From Eledone cirrhosa (taxonomy: Eukaryota), in NCBI GenBank assembly GCA_964016885.1, contig OZ024743.1:61194001-61258000 (forward strand): 64,000 nt of DNA, in the 5' to 3' direction. The notes below the pieces were generated by a model. It was not told the DNA's origin. It made no database searches and saw only the letters and a list, made by a program, of their open reading frames with translations. Both the position numbers and the translations under genes were made by a program. Positions 1-11,974 of the stretch are shown here, piece after piece. Position 1 is the stretch's first letter. Each line of letters begins with the position of its first letter.

Positions 1-2601
1 GCATGGGTTTGGACGGGGGTAGTCCCACTTGAGGCAAGAGTGATTGTCTTGCTCGCATAGGACTGTCTGGCAGGTTTTCTACAGTTGGATGCCCTTCCTA
101 ACACCAACCACATTTACAGTGTGGGTCTGGGAGGTTTTTACCGTGTTGCCTACACGGCCACATTACAGCGTGGACTGTGTGTTTTTTTGTCGTGACACCT
201 ACACGATCTCATTTGTTTCGGCCTCGATGGCGCGGCACCAACATAACTTTACATAGAACGGGGTGGTGTGGATGGGGTAGGGGTGGGGGTGGTGGGACGG
301 GGTGTATTTTGTTAGGGATGCCTACTGGCTGGAGTAGGTTTTACTATATATTTAGGTAAGGCGGGTCTTCTCTGTTACTGAGTACCGCCAAAGGTCTCGG
401 TCCAGTGACATTGTCTTGGAGAGGTGTAAGTGTGTGATGTCGGAGTTTATCAGCTCGTCCCAGGTTTTTCTAGGTCTGCCTATTCCGTGACTACCGTCTA
501 TCTTTATTGCCCTGCACTTTGTTATACAGCTATCGACTTTCATGCGCATCACGTGTCCATACCAACGTAGCCTTCTCTCGAGTAAACAACATCTGATCCC
601 TCTTATCTCTAATTTTTTCCTTAGTTCATTTATGCTTTGCCGTTCACGTATATTACTGTTACACATCCAGCGGAGCATGCAAGCTTCGTTCCTCTCTAGT
701 CTGCGTATATCCTCTGCACACAATGCCCAGGTCTCACTGCCATGCAGCATTGCTGTTCGTATGCAGGCATCGTACAACCTGCCTTTCATTTTTAGTGAGA
801 ACCCTTTAGCAGCTAATAGTGGTATAAGCTCTCTGAACTTTTTCCAACCAGTTCTGACTCTAGCTACAGTACTTTCAGAGCACCCTCCCCCACTGCTGAT
901 TTTATCGCTCAGGTAACGGAAGCTGTCCACTATTTCTATAGAACCCTCTGCGCAATTGAAAGAGCTAGTAGCTTGTGGGCACTTGCTGCTACTTATTGCA
1001 CCAGAGCACCGGCCACATGTAAAATCTATGTTCTTAGTTAGCTTACCTGTGATCCCACTACATCTTTTATGCACCCATACTTTGCATTTAGGACATAAAA
1101 TGGAGTTTCTACCTACGCCTTTCCTACACACCGAGCACGACCATTTCCCAGAAGGGACCGCCGCCTTGTTTTCTTTCCTACAAACTAGTACTTTGGTCTT
1201 AGCCAGGTTAATTTTAAGTCCTTTTGACTCTAGGCCGTGCTTCCATGTTTGGAATTTCTTCTCTAGCTCGGCCATTGATTCCGCTATGAGTGTCAGGTCG
1301 TCTGCGTATAGAAGTTCCCATGGGCAGCCTGTCTTGAACTCCTCTGTTATAGCCTGAAGGGCAATAATAAATAGTAGTGGGCTGAGAACAGAGCCCTGAT
1401 GGACGCCAACTTTTACGCTAAACTCTTCACTATATTCGTTGTTAATTCTAACCTTGCTGACTGTTTCTTTATACATGGCTTGTATAGCCCTAACAAGCCA
1501 TTCGTCAACGCCTAGTTTTCTAAGAGCCCACCAGATAATGGAGCGGGGGACTCTGTCGAAGGCTTTCTCCAAGTCGACAAAAGCTAAGTAGAGGGGTTTA
1601 CCTTTAGCTAGGTACCTCTCCTGTAGTTGTCGTACTATGAAAAGAGCGTCTGTGGTACTTTTGCCTGACACAAACCCGAACTGCATTTCATCTAGGTCAA
1701 TTCTCTCTCTGATTAGTTGCGCTATTACTTTTTCCGTGACCTTCATGACCTGGTCGATTAATTTAATGCCTCTATAGTTACTCCTATCTAGGGCGTCTCC
1801 TTTACCCTTATAACAGTTAACGATGATGCTGCTATGCCAGTCCTTCGGAACAACCCCATTCTGTACGACTTGGTTAACTATGCGGGTGACCATGGTGTGT
1901 CCCACCATGCCAGATGCCTTCAGCATCTCAGCAACTATTTCCGAAGGCCCAGCCGCCTTACCCGTCTTCATATCCTTGATTGCCTTACTTATTATACTCC
2001 CCTCGACTAACACTGCTGGTCCCTCTATTGGGTCGATATGGGGGAGACTGTCTTTCTCCCATTTATTCTCCTCATTTAGTAGCCTTTCGTAGTGACACTT
2101 CCAAGCTACCTTCTTATCAGCGTCGGTGATGGCAAGTGTGCCATCGTCGTTTAGTACACACTTCTCCCCGACAATATCACGGTTTTCCTTGACGCATTGC
2201 CTAGCAATCCTGAACACCTCACGTTTTTGGTCATCGCGTTGTAGAACATGCTTGAACTTTCTTTCCTCAGCTTCCCTTCTTGCTAAGTACACTTGTCTCC
2301 TAGCTTCCCTCCTGGCCACTTGATAGTCCTCTCTACTTCCCCCATCCCGCCATACTTTCCAAGTCTGCTTTTTGGCCTTAATTGACCCCTCCACCTTACT
2401 GTTCCACCACCATGTTACTCTCCTCCTGCCTACAGGCCTGCTCCAGCCACAGACTTCGTCTGTCGCCAACAGCAGGTTTGCTTTCAGAAATTCCCACTCT
2501 CCCTCTATATTGTCCGACTCTAAATGTTCTTCCTTACTGTCGAAAGCATCAAGTAATATGCTTTGAAATTTATTCCTGGCTGTGGGGTCCTTTAGCTTCC
2601 A
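1..2601 (-). mobile_element. RTE-clade LINE, 5'-truncated, with 3' UTR running off the window start
   Basis: RT ORF at 352-2601 plus 3' UTR. The UTR end (ccgtccaaacccatgc) recurs at 24422-24525, 25191-25640 and 29467-29538. The 5' end abuts (TA)n. Confidence 0.92.
352..2601 (-). CDS. Partial LINE ORF2: reverse transcriptase plus PHD-like Cys cluster; endonuclease missing
   Basis: Motifs [52 protein letters not shown]. The frame stays open upstream of the listed start to WKLKDP at ~2601, with no internal stops. Confidence 0.9.
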   Translation of the reverse strand, partial: WKLKDPTARNKFQSILLDAFDSKEEHLESDNIEGEWEFLKANLLLATDEVCGWSRPVGRRRVTWWWNSKVEGSIKAKKQTWKVWRDGGSREDYQVARREARRQVYLARREAEERKFKHVLQRDDQKREVFRIARQCVKENRDIVGEKCVLNDDGTLAITDADKKVAWKCHYERLLNEENKWEKDSLPHIDPIEGPAVLVEGSIISKAIKDMKTGKAAGPSEIVAEMLKASGMVGHTMVTRIVNQVVQNGVVPKDWHSSIIVNCYKGKGDALDRSNYRGIKLIDQVMKVTEKVIAQLIRERIDLDEMQFGFVSGKSTTDALFIVRQLQERYLAKGKPLYLAFVDLEKAFDRVPRSIIWWALRKLGVDEWLVRAIQAMYKETVSKVRINNEYSEEFSVKVGVHQGSVLSPLLFIIALQAITEEFKTGCPWELLYADDLTLIAESMAELEKKFQTWKHGLESKGLKINLAKTKVLVCRKENKAAVPSGKWSCSVCRKGVGRNSILCPKCKVWVHKRCSGITGKLTKNIDFTCGRCSGAISSSKCPQATSSFNCAEGSIEIVDSFRYLSDKISSGGGCSESTVARVRTGWKKFRELIPLLAAKGFSLKMKGRLYDACIRTAMLHGSETWALCAEDIRRLERNEACMLRWMCNSNIRERQSINELRKKLEIRGIRCCLLERRLRWYGHVMRMKVDSCITKCRAIKIDGSHGIGRPRKTWDELINSDITHLHLSKTMSLDRDLWRYSVTEKTRLT

Positions 2602-2677
2602 TATATATATATATATACATTATAAACATTGATATGTATGTGTATATATATATATATACATTATAAACATTGATATG

Positions 2678-2722
<45 letters not shown>

Positions 2723-2941
2723 TATAAACATTGATATGTATGTATATATATATATATATATATACATTATAAACATTGATATGTATGTGTATATATATAT
2801 ACATTATAAACATTGATATGTATGTGTATATATATATACATTATAAACATTGATATGTATGTATATATATATATTATAAACATTGATATATGTGTATATA
2901 TATATATATATATATAAATATACATTATAAACATTGATATG

Positions 2942-2981
<40 letters not shown>

Positions 2982-3274
2982 CATTATAAACATTGATATG
3001 TATGTGTATATATATATATACATTATAAACATTGATATGTATGTGTATATATATATATATATATATATTATAAACATTGATATATGTGTATATATATATA
3101 TATATATAAATATACATTATAAACATTGATATGTATGTATATATATATATATATATATTATAAACATTGATATATGTGTATATATATATATATATATATA
3201 AATATACATTATAAACATTGATATATGTGTATATATATATATATATATAAATATACATTATAAACATTGATATG

Positions 3275-3309
<35 letters not shown>

Positions 3310-3741
3310 TATGATGACCCCTTAGCCTTTGTCAAGGCAGAATTCTAGGAGAAGGAACACTGATATAACACCTGCAACTCTGATGGTATCCAATGATGTT
3401 GACTTGTTCTTCTTTTTGGTAAATATCATCTTGGTTAAGAGAGTGGGACTGGCTTTGTGCAGTGCCTTTGCTCACCATAAAAGCTTCACGGCACAGGCAT
3501 TGCTTTATATCTGGAGATCTCTCTGCACTTGTCGTCACATGGTACCATGGGCCCAGCACTATGTGTCAATAATTGTCACAAGTGTAGTGTTTGTACCAGG
3601 GTTTTCAAGTCGCTGGCTGGACTAAAAAGTCACACTCGTTCAGTGCATCGGTAGGGGTTCTCCTACATGGATATAAAGTAGTGGCCGTACTCGAAAACGA
3701 GTTGGCATCCACCATATACATTATAAACATTGATATATGTG

Positions 3742-3784
<43 letters not shown>

Positions 3785-3800
3785 TATAAACATTGATATA
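2602..3800. repeat. Compound minisatellite, unit cattataaacattgatatgtatg + (TA)n
   Basis: Invariant core repeated with variable TA spacers. Interrupted by the 3314-3715 insertion and resumes after it. Confidence 0.9.
3314..3715 (+). mobile_element. Non-autonomous RTE-derived element (5' UTR part fused to 3' zinc-finger end)
   Basis: Near-identical to 43510-43913. Contains ggagaaggaa-actctga, coding for [20 protein letters not shown], and the 3' end tactcgaaaacgagttggc. Confidence 0.75.
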
Positions 3801-3837
3801 TATATATATATATATATATATATCCTCTCTCTCTCTC

Positions 3838-3870
<33 letters not shown>

Positions 3871-3985
3871 TATTCATACATGCATGCATATATACATTCA
3901 TACATACATATATACATGCATGGTTGCATAAATGCATATATACGTCCATACATATATACATATATATATATATACATATATTAAC

Positions 3986-4031
<46 letters not shown>

Positions 4032-4650
4032 TATGTATATATATATGCGGTTAACATATGTATATATATGTATATATATATATAAATGCATACATGTATG
4101 CATTTATATATATACATATATATATACATATATTAACCGCATATATATATATACATACATACATACATACATACATACATACATCCCATATTTGGGTCTA
4201 CGTGTAGAGAGCAGTATTAGAGATGATGGATACTGGTGTTACGTTATATTGATATATAGATATATATATTTATTCATGTGTGTGTGTATATGTGTGTGTA
4301 AGACGACCTTCACATTCGGTTATTGGTGGAACTTGAAAGTCAGTCTGTCCTTGACCCGACAACAATAACACCAGCAGCACCAACAGCATCATCATCATCA
4401 GTAGCAGCAGCCACACTACTTGCAGCAACGGCAGCAGTAACTACTGGTACTACCAACGGCAGCAACATCAGTGGTAGTAACTAGTGTAAAGGTAGCAGTA
4501 GCAACTGAAGCCCTGATAGTACCAACAGCACCAGCAGCAGTAGCAGCAGCATTGACAGCACCATCGGCAGCAACATCAGCATCAACGCCCACACCAATAG
4601 CAGCTGCAGTAACAGCAGAAACGCTGGAAGCTAGTTGCTATCGCTACTGA

Positions 4651-4703
4651 TCATACTGCTGTAAGCATATGATGGCCTTCACGGTAGAGGGAGGTCACAC
4701 AAT
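4651..4703 (-). CDS. Candidate terminal coding exon of an unidentified host gene
   Basis: Acceptor tctgtccttcag. Phase 1 reads xCVTSLYREGHHMLTAV-stop; phase 0 reads IV-stop. Lies in a unique, non-repeat island. Confidence 0.35.
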
Positions 4704-4809
4704 CTGAAGGACAGACTGAGCCATCACCACCACCTTCACCAACACTGCCATTTCTAAATCAACCACCCCCACCACCATCAACAAAATTTCAGCCACCAGC
4801 AACACCACG

Positions 4810-6240
4810 CCTACTAACAGCAACACCAACGCAGCTATCATCAACACCACCGCCATAACCACTGCCAACATCAACACCACCGCCATAACCACTGTCAACA
4901 TCAACACCACCGCCATGTCCACTGCCAACATCAACACCACCGCCATGTCCACTGCCAACATCAACACCACCGCCATAACCACTGCCAACATCAACACCAC
5001 CGCCATAACCACTGCCAACATCAACACCACCGCCATAACCCCTGCCAACATCAACACCACCGCCATAACCACTGCCAACATCAACACCACCGCCATAACC
5101 CCTGCCAACATCAACACCACCGCCATAACCCCTGCCAACATCAACACCACCGCCATAACCACTGCCAACATCAACACCACCGCCATAACCACTGCCAACA
5201 TCAACACCACCGCCATAACCCCTGCCAACATCAACACCACCGCCATAACCACTGCCAACATCAACACCACCGCCATAACCACTGCCAACATCAACACCAC
5301 CGCCATAACCACTGCCAACATCAACACCACCGCCATAACCCCTGCCAACATCAACACCACCGCCATAACCACTGCCAACATCAACACCACCGCCATAACC
5401 CCTGCCAACATCAACACCACCGCCATAACCCCTGCCAACATCAACACCACCGCCATAACCACTGCCAACATCAACACCACCGCCATAACCACTGCCAACA
5501 TCAACACCACCGCCATAACCACTGCCAACATCAACACCACCGCCATAACCCCTGCCAACATCAACACCACCGCCATAACCCCTGCCAACATCAACACCAC
5601 CGCCATAACCACTGCCAACATCAACACCACCGCCATAACCACTGCCAACATCAACACCACCGACACCATCAACACAACTACCACCACCAGCAACACCACC
5701 GCCATAACCCCTGCCAACATCAACACCACCGACACCATCAACACAACTACCACCACCAGCAACACCACCGCCATAACCCCTGCCAACATCAACACCACCG
5801 ACACCATCAACACAACTACCACCACCAGCAACACCACCGCCATAACCCCTGCCAACATCAACACCACCGACACCATCAACACAACTACCACCACCAGCAA
5901 CACCACCGCCATAACCCCTGCCAACATCAACACCACCGACACCATCAACACAACTACCACCACCAGCAACACCACCGCCATAACCCCTGCCAACATCAAC
6001 ACCACCGACACCATCAACACAACTACCACCACCAGCAACACCACCGCCATAACCCCTGCCAACATCAACACCACCGACACCATCAACACAACTACCACCA
6101 CCAGCAACACCACCGCCATAACCCCTGCCAACATCAACACCACCGACACCATCAACACAACTACCACCACCAGCAACACTACCACAGCTATCATCAACAT
6201 CACCGCCATACTGGCTACCAAAACCACTAACACCATCAAC
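4810..6240. repeat. Minisatellite: ~27 x 30 bp followed by ~7.5 x 69 bp
   Basis: Unit (a/c)ctgccaacatcaacaccaccgccataacc; the 69-mer embeds the 30-mer. Confidence 0.95.
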
Positions 6241-6269
6241 ACTGACACAATACATACCAACAAGAGCAT

Positions 6270-6489
6270 ACATGTACACACACATACACATACACACACA
6301 CGGACGGACGGACGCACATACACACATATACAATCACATGCACCCACACACACACACGAACGGACCAACGGACGCCCACACAAGCACGCACATACACACG
6401 TACACACATGCACACACACATACACACACACACACACACATGGACGGGCGCCTACATAGGCACGCACTCACATACACACGTACACACAT

Positions 6490-6544
<55 letters not shown>

Positions 6545-6870
6545 GACGGGCGCCTGCATAGGCACGCACTCACATACACACGTACACACATACACACACT
6601 CACACACACACACACACACGCGCGCGCGCGCATGGACGGGCGCCTGCATAGTCACGCACTCACATACACACGTACACACATGCACACACACACATACACA
6701 CACACATGCACACGCACATACACACACACACACGGACGGATGCCTGCACAGGCACGCACGCACATACACACGTACATACATGCACACACATACATACACA
6801 CACACACATACACACAGACGGACGGACGCCTGCACAGGCACGCACTCACATACACACTCACATACAGACA
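6270..6870. repeat. (CA)n compound repeat with ggacgggcgcctgcataggcacgcac core
   Basis: About five cores separated by CA runs. Confidence 0.85.
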
Positions 6871-7354
6871 TTCGACCTTCACCTAACAGCGCAGCTATCG
6901 CATGAAATGGCACCAACACCATAGTTACCATCATCATCATCATTATAAAGATCATCATCATTACCGTCATCATTATAATCGTTAGTGTATCCATCATCAT
7001 CATCATTATCACCATCATCATCATCATCAACTTCATCAACACCGTTATCGTATTCATCACCACCATCATTATCATCATAAGCATCGTCATCGTGATCATC
7101 ACAATCATCATCGTCATCATCATCATCATCACAGTCGTCATCCTCATCATCTATCATCACTATCATCCTAATCATCACCATCATCACCAGCATCAGCCAT
7201 GATGCCATTGTCATTGTATCTGATTCATCAAAATATATCCGACTGTTTATTTCTAAAAATACACAATACAATTGGTCATTTGGGATTTGGCTGTTATCTA
7301 TAGCCTTTTGTTGACTCGGTAAATAGGTTGATAGACCGATAGATACATACATAC

Positions 7355-7418
<64 letters not shown>

Positions 7419-7641
7419 GGAAGAAAGAGAGAAATAGAAAGATAGTTAGATGGATAGATATATAGAGTACACGTGTTTTTGATATCAAAAATAACGCGGA
7501 TATTCCCTGGTAACATCAATGCTATTGCGAACCTCTGGAGTTTTGGATATCGTCTGTATGGGCCGAAATCGTGTGACCCCTAATTCACGGCTGATGAGGG
7601 GAATTTCTGATTTTATGGTTTCTGTGAACTAGCTGAAGGCG

Positions 7642-7713
<72 letters not shown>

Positions 7714-7715
<2 letters not shown>

Positions 7716-8709
7716 AGGATAGAACCAGTTTAAAACTAGTTAGACCATTACTCAACAGAGTAGTCGATACTTGGAATAATAGAGTATGACTATATAGTGG
7801 CGGCCATATATATATAGAGAGAGTCGGTTGAAACGGCAAGAGCTCAGCTGTCCGGCCATATATATATAGAGAGAGTCGGTTGAAACGGCAAGAGCTCAGC
7901 TGTCCGGCCATATATATATAGAGAGAGTCGGTTGAAACGGCAAGAGCTCAGCTGTCCGGCCATATATATATAGAGAGAGTCGGTTGAAACGGCAAGAGCT
8001 CAGCTGTCCGGCCATATATATATAGAGAGAGTCGGTTGAAACGGCAAGAGCTCAGCTGTCCGGCCATATATATAGAGAGAGAGTCGGTTGAAACGGCAAG
8101 AGCTCAGCTGTCCGGCCATATATATATAGAGAGAGTCGGTTGAAACGGCAAGAGCTCAGCTGTCCGGCCATATATATAGAGAGAGAGTCGGTTGAAACGG
8201 CAAGAGCTCAGCTGTCCGGCCATATATATATAGAGTCGGTTGAAACGGCAAGAGCTCAGCTGTCCGGCCATATATATAGAGAGAGAGTCGGTTGAAACGG
8301 CAAGAGCTCAGCTGTCCGGCCATATATATAGAGAGAGAGTCGGTTGAAACGGCAAGAGCTCAGCTGTCCGGCCATATATATAGAGAGAGAGTCGGTTGAA
8401 ACGGCAAGAGCTCAGCTGTCCGGCCATATATATAGAGAGAGTCGGTTGAAACGGCAAGAGCTCAGCTGTCCGGCCATATATATATAGAGTCGGTTGAAAC
8501 GGCAAGAGCTCAGCTGTCCGGCCATATATATATAGAGTCGGTTGAAACGGCAAGAGCTCAGCTGTCCGGCCATATATATAGAGAGAGAGTCGGTTGAAAC
8601 GGCAAGAGCTCAGCTGTCCGGCCGCCACTATATAGTCATACTCTATTATTCCAAGTATCGACTACTCTGTTGAGTAATGGTCTAACTAGTTTTAAACTGG
8701 TTCTATCCT

Positions 8710-8711
<2 letters not shown>
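7714..8711 (+). repeat. 16-unit minisatellite of a hammerhead 3' half, bracketed by ~92 bp inverted tails
   Basis: Core gtcggttGAAAcggcaagagctcagctgTCcggcc x16 with (TA)n(GA)n spacers. 7714-7805 is the reverse complement of ~8620-8711. Confidence 0.88.
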
Positions 8712-8793
<82 letters not shown>

Positions 8794-9140
8794 TGTATGT
8801 ATGTATATATTTATATATGAGAGAGAGAGATGGAAAGAAAGAGAGGGAATGAGAAAGAACTTAAGCTAGTATTTTCAGTCACGCTTTCCTCCAACACTAA
8901 ATGTACTTTTGAAATGATCAGTGTCAGCAGATAGGAGAATTCATTGACCAAAGCTTTATAAATGCGACGTCTATTCAACTATTCAATTATATCATCTACA
9001 CTACTAGGATGGAATGTTCCTGCGTATTATATATATATATGTGTGTTGTGTGTGTGTGTGTGTGTGAATGGGTGGGTGGTTGTGTGGATGGGTGGATGGG
9101 TGGGTGGTTGTGTGTGCGTGCGTGCGTGCGTGTTTCTGTG

Positions 9141-9195
<55 letters not shown>

Positions 9196-9198
<3 letters not shown>

Positions 9199-9358
9199 AA
9201 CAAGTAGGACCCCGACGTCTGAGTCAAGAATTAGCCGTCGAAACGGCTTGAGCTCAAATGGGGTCCTACCTGTTCCTATTACTCACTCTACTACCCTAAG
9301 TATTGAGTACTTTGGTGCGTTATGGTCCATCTGGTTCCTTACCACATTTCCTTCGTTA
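9196..9358 (+). mobile_element. Family-A hammerhead element 3' fragment with short inverted arm
   Basis: Homologous to 16677-16812. 9196-9231 is an inverted copy of the segment after the cleavage site. Confidence 0.8.
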
Positions 9359-9370
9359 TATATATTTATA

Positions 9371-10251
9371 TACGAGGTGTGTCAGAAAAATTCCAGGACT
9401 GATGTCACAAAAGATTTATTTCAAACCCAAACTTCACACTAAGAGATTTCTCCTTCAAAGTAATCCCCCTGGAGTATGTAACTGTAATCTTAGCTCTCTG
9501 CAGCGATCAAACCTTTTTCTTCATAATTGTATATGCATGTCCTCTATTTCAGGTCGTCAAGCAATGAGCGCAGAGCAACGAACAAACTTGAAGTTTCTGG
9601 TACGGTTGGGGAAAACTCCGTCAGAAACACTGGGATTGCTGCAGCAAGTGTTTGGAGATGAGACGATGTCACGCTCACGTGTTTTTGAGTGGTGCAAGAT
9701 GACCCCAGGAGAGGAAGGCCCTCAACAACTGAGGTCAACGTTGAGCGCGTCAGGCAGATGGTACGTAACGATCGTCGGTTGACTGTTCGACTGATGGCAA
9801 ATGGACTGGGCATGAATCGGGACAGCGTCTGGAAGATTCTCACTGAAGATTTGGACATGCGGAAAATCTGCGCGAAGATGGTGCCAAAACTGCTGAACGA
9901 TGACCAGAAGGGTCGACGCATGCAAGTGTGCCAAGACATCCTCGAGCGTCTTGAAACCGAACCAGACTTGCTAGGGACAGTCATCACCGGTGATGCGTCA
10001 TGGATCTTCGAGTACGACCCGGCGGGGACCCGTTTTGAAGACGTGGATGACAGCAAAAGGCCGTGACGACGGAACTGCGGAGGATCCCGGAAGAATCCTT
10101 CCAGGAGTGCATGCAAGCGTGGCAGGAAAGGATGGAAAGTGCATTAGACTCCAGGGGTTTACTTTGAAGGAGAAAACTCTTACTGTGAAGTTTGGGTTTG
10201 AAATAAATCTTTTGTGACATCAGTCCTGGAACTTTTCTGACCCACCTTTGT
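9371..10251 (+). mobile_element. Internally deleted mariner transposon
   Basis: ~100 bp TIRs (cgaggtgtgtcagaaaaattccaggactg). HTH EQRTNLKFLVRLGK, GRPST, MVPKLL, VITGDASWIFEYDP, then a jump to the C-terminus; most of the catalytic domain is lost. Confidence 0.9.
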
Positions 10252-10399
10252 TGGTTCACCACTGGATAGAACTGGTTATTCCGTATAGTCAACCTTGATG
10301 TAATATTAGGGAGAGCACTCGACGTAATGCAACTCACCCGTCTTCGTGTAATAAACCTTTAAGGGATTACACCAATCCAGCCACCTGTTATTTTATATA

Positions 10400-10446
<47 letters not shown>

Positions 10447-10457
10447 TATATATATAT

Positions 10458-10648
10458 CACGAAGAAGGTGTGGTAAGGAATCAGGTGGACCTTAACGCAC
10501 TAGAGTACTCGATATTTTGGATAGTAGAGTGGGTAATAGGAAAAGTGTCAGAACCCCGACGGCTGAGTTCCGGCCGTTTCGACAGCTAGTTCTGAACTAG
10601 CTGTCGAAACAGCCGGAGCTCAGCCGTCGGGATCCTGACTTTTTTCCT
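10458..10648 (-). mobile_element. Family-A hammerhead element fragment, fold-back
   Basis: Minus-strand tail plus a palindrome centred at ~10592; each arm has GAAA-stem III-TC. Confidence 0.8.
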
Positions 10649-10787
10649 ATATATGTGTGTGTGTACACACACACACACACACATACACAGAAAGAAGGGG
10701 GGGAGAGAAGGAGGGAGACATATCTAATATAAATACCGCTGATTGCTCTTTTCTTTCATTTGTACTCACGCCTATATAATATCTATA

Positions 10788-10868
10788 TACAGGGTGTCCC
10801 AAAAAATGTATACATACTTCAACAGCATTCGAATAAATAGCTGTATACATTTTGGGGGACACTGTGTA
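10788..10868. mobile_element. Tiny Tc1/mariner-type MITE
   Basis: TA-cagggtgtcccaaaaaatgtataca ... tgtatacattttgggggacactgtg-TA. Degenerate relative at ~52030-52133. Confidence 0.7.
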
Positions 10869-10924
10869 TATAAACATACATATACACTCACCAACCGACT
10901 CACACTCACACCTTTATATATATA

Positions 10925-11965
10925 CTAGCAGATTTACCCGGCGTTGCTCGGGGTTTGAAATTATGCTAAGAATATACAGCTAGGAAGTAAAAGAAGAACA
11001 TTATTTATCTGGCGGTGGATTGGCAGTATCGGTAGAGGTTCGGACGCCATGCTTTGACGCATAGAGTTACGGCCCTTGCCATTCTGAGTTCAAATCCCGC
11101 CGAGGTTAACTTTGCCTTTCATCCTTACGGGGTCGATAAAATAAAGTACCAGTAATGTACTGGGTAATTTTCTGGCCTTGTCCCAATAGTAGAAACAATT
11201 ATTTATCTCCAACCTGTCAAAATAAGCAGAAGTCTTCAATAATTAATGCAAACGAATATTTAGTGCAATCTTTGTACACATAAAACTATGCTGATAATGA
11301 AGGAAAACACTGACGAGGATGTAGTTATACAAATGATTAAAGACAATACACGTTGCAAATCTGTAAAAAACAGGCCGTTTTGCTAAAGTACAAAAAGTTG
11401 TAATGAAAGCAGAGTTGTATACAAACAAAAAAACAATGAGAGTAGAATAGGAGAAAATCTATTCTTTGAGAGCATCCTTTGCTGTGTATGGTTAAATTTT
11501 AAACTTATAATGCAAAATATCCCGCATGACATATTCATTGGTGTGTTTTGTAATGGGTAAGGTGAAGTCAAGGCAGAGCTGTAATAAGTTTTTTTTTTAA
11601 CACTAAAGCACTTCAGGATAGACGATATTCTTTGTTTTTCTTTTCGGAACAAACGCAAAGAGATTATCTCGACTGCCAACTCGTGAGCAGGCAACGTAGA
11701 ATTGTCCGTGCGAAAAGCAAGGTTCATCCAAGTGAATTCCAGCGACGGACAGAGTTTGACCTTGCGACTTGTTTATAGACATCGCAAAGGCAACACGAAG
11801 GGAAAATTGGGTTCGGCGAAAGGAGAAGGGAGTATCCACGTCTGATGTAGTCAGGCTAATTTTTGTTATTATCACATCCTCGCCTTTTCCACATCCGGAT
11901 AGAATGGTAGCGTCAATACTCAGTGGAGACAGTTTTTTACCACAAGGCGTGTACCATTGCATAGT
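10925..11965 (-). mobile_element. Helitron 3' portion (PIF1-like helicase C-terminus, hairpin, CTAG end)
   Basis: 11603-11962 encodes FRRTQFSLRVAFAMSINKSQGQTL and FSHGQFYVACSRV. The minus strand ends cccgagcaacgccgggtaaatctgCTAG|T. Confidence 0.9.
11010..11200 (+). mobile_element. tRNA-derived SINE (Meta-core-like) nested in the Helitron
   Basis: A box tggcagtatcgg, B box gagttcaaatcc, core gcctttcatccttacggggtcgataaaataaagtacc. More than ten copies in the window. Confidence 0.85.
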
Positions 11966-11974
11966 TTTGGGGGA

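Noticed and set aside
4695-6467. 590 aa hydrophobic ORF resembling a membrane protein
   Set aside because: It is a reading frame of the 30/69 bp minisatellite starting in a GT repeat.
7584-7637. Possible hammerhead (CTGATGA ... GAA-ctag)
   Set aside because: GAAA and the UH site are incomplete and the stems are weak; at best a decayed relic.
7823-8623. CRISPR-like array (35 bp repeats with spacers)
   Set aside because: Spacers are only (TA)n(GA)n, there are no cas genes, the context is eukaryotic, and the repeat is a hammerhead fragment.
11010-11105. tRNA genes at A/B-box motifs
   Set aside because: They are SINE heads followed by a shared core and tail; no cloverleaf.
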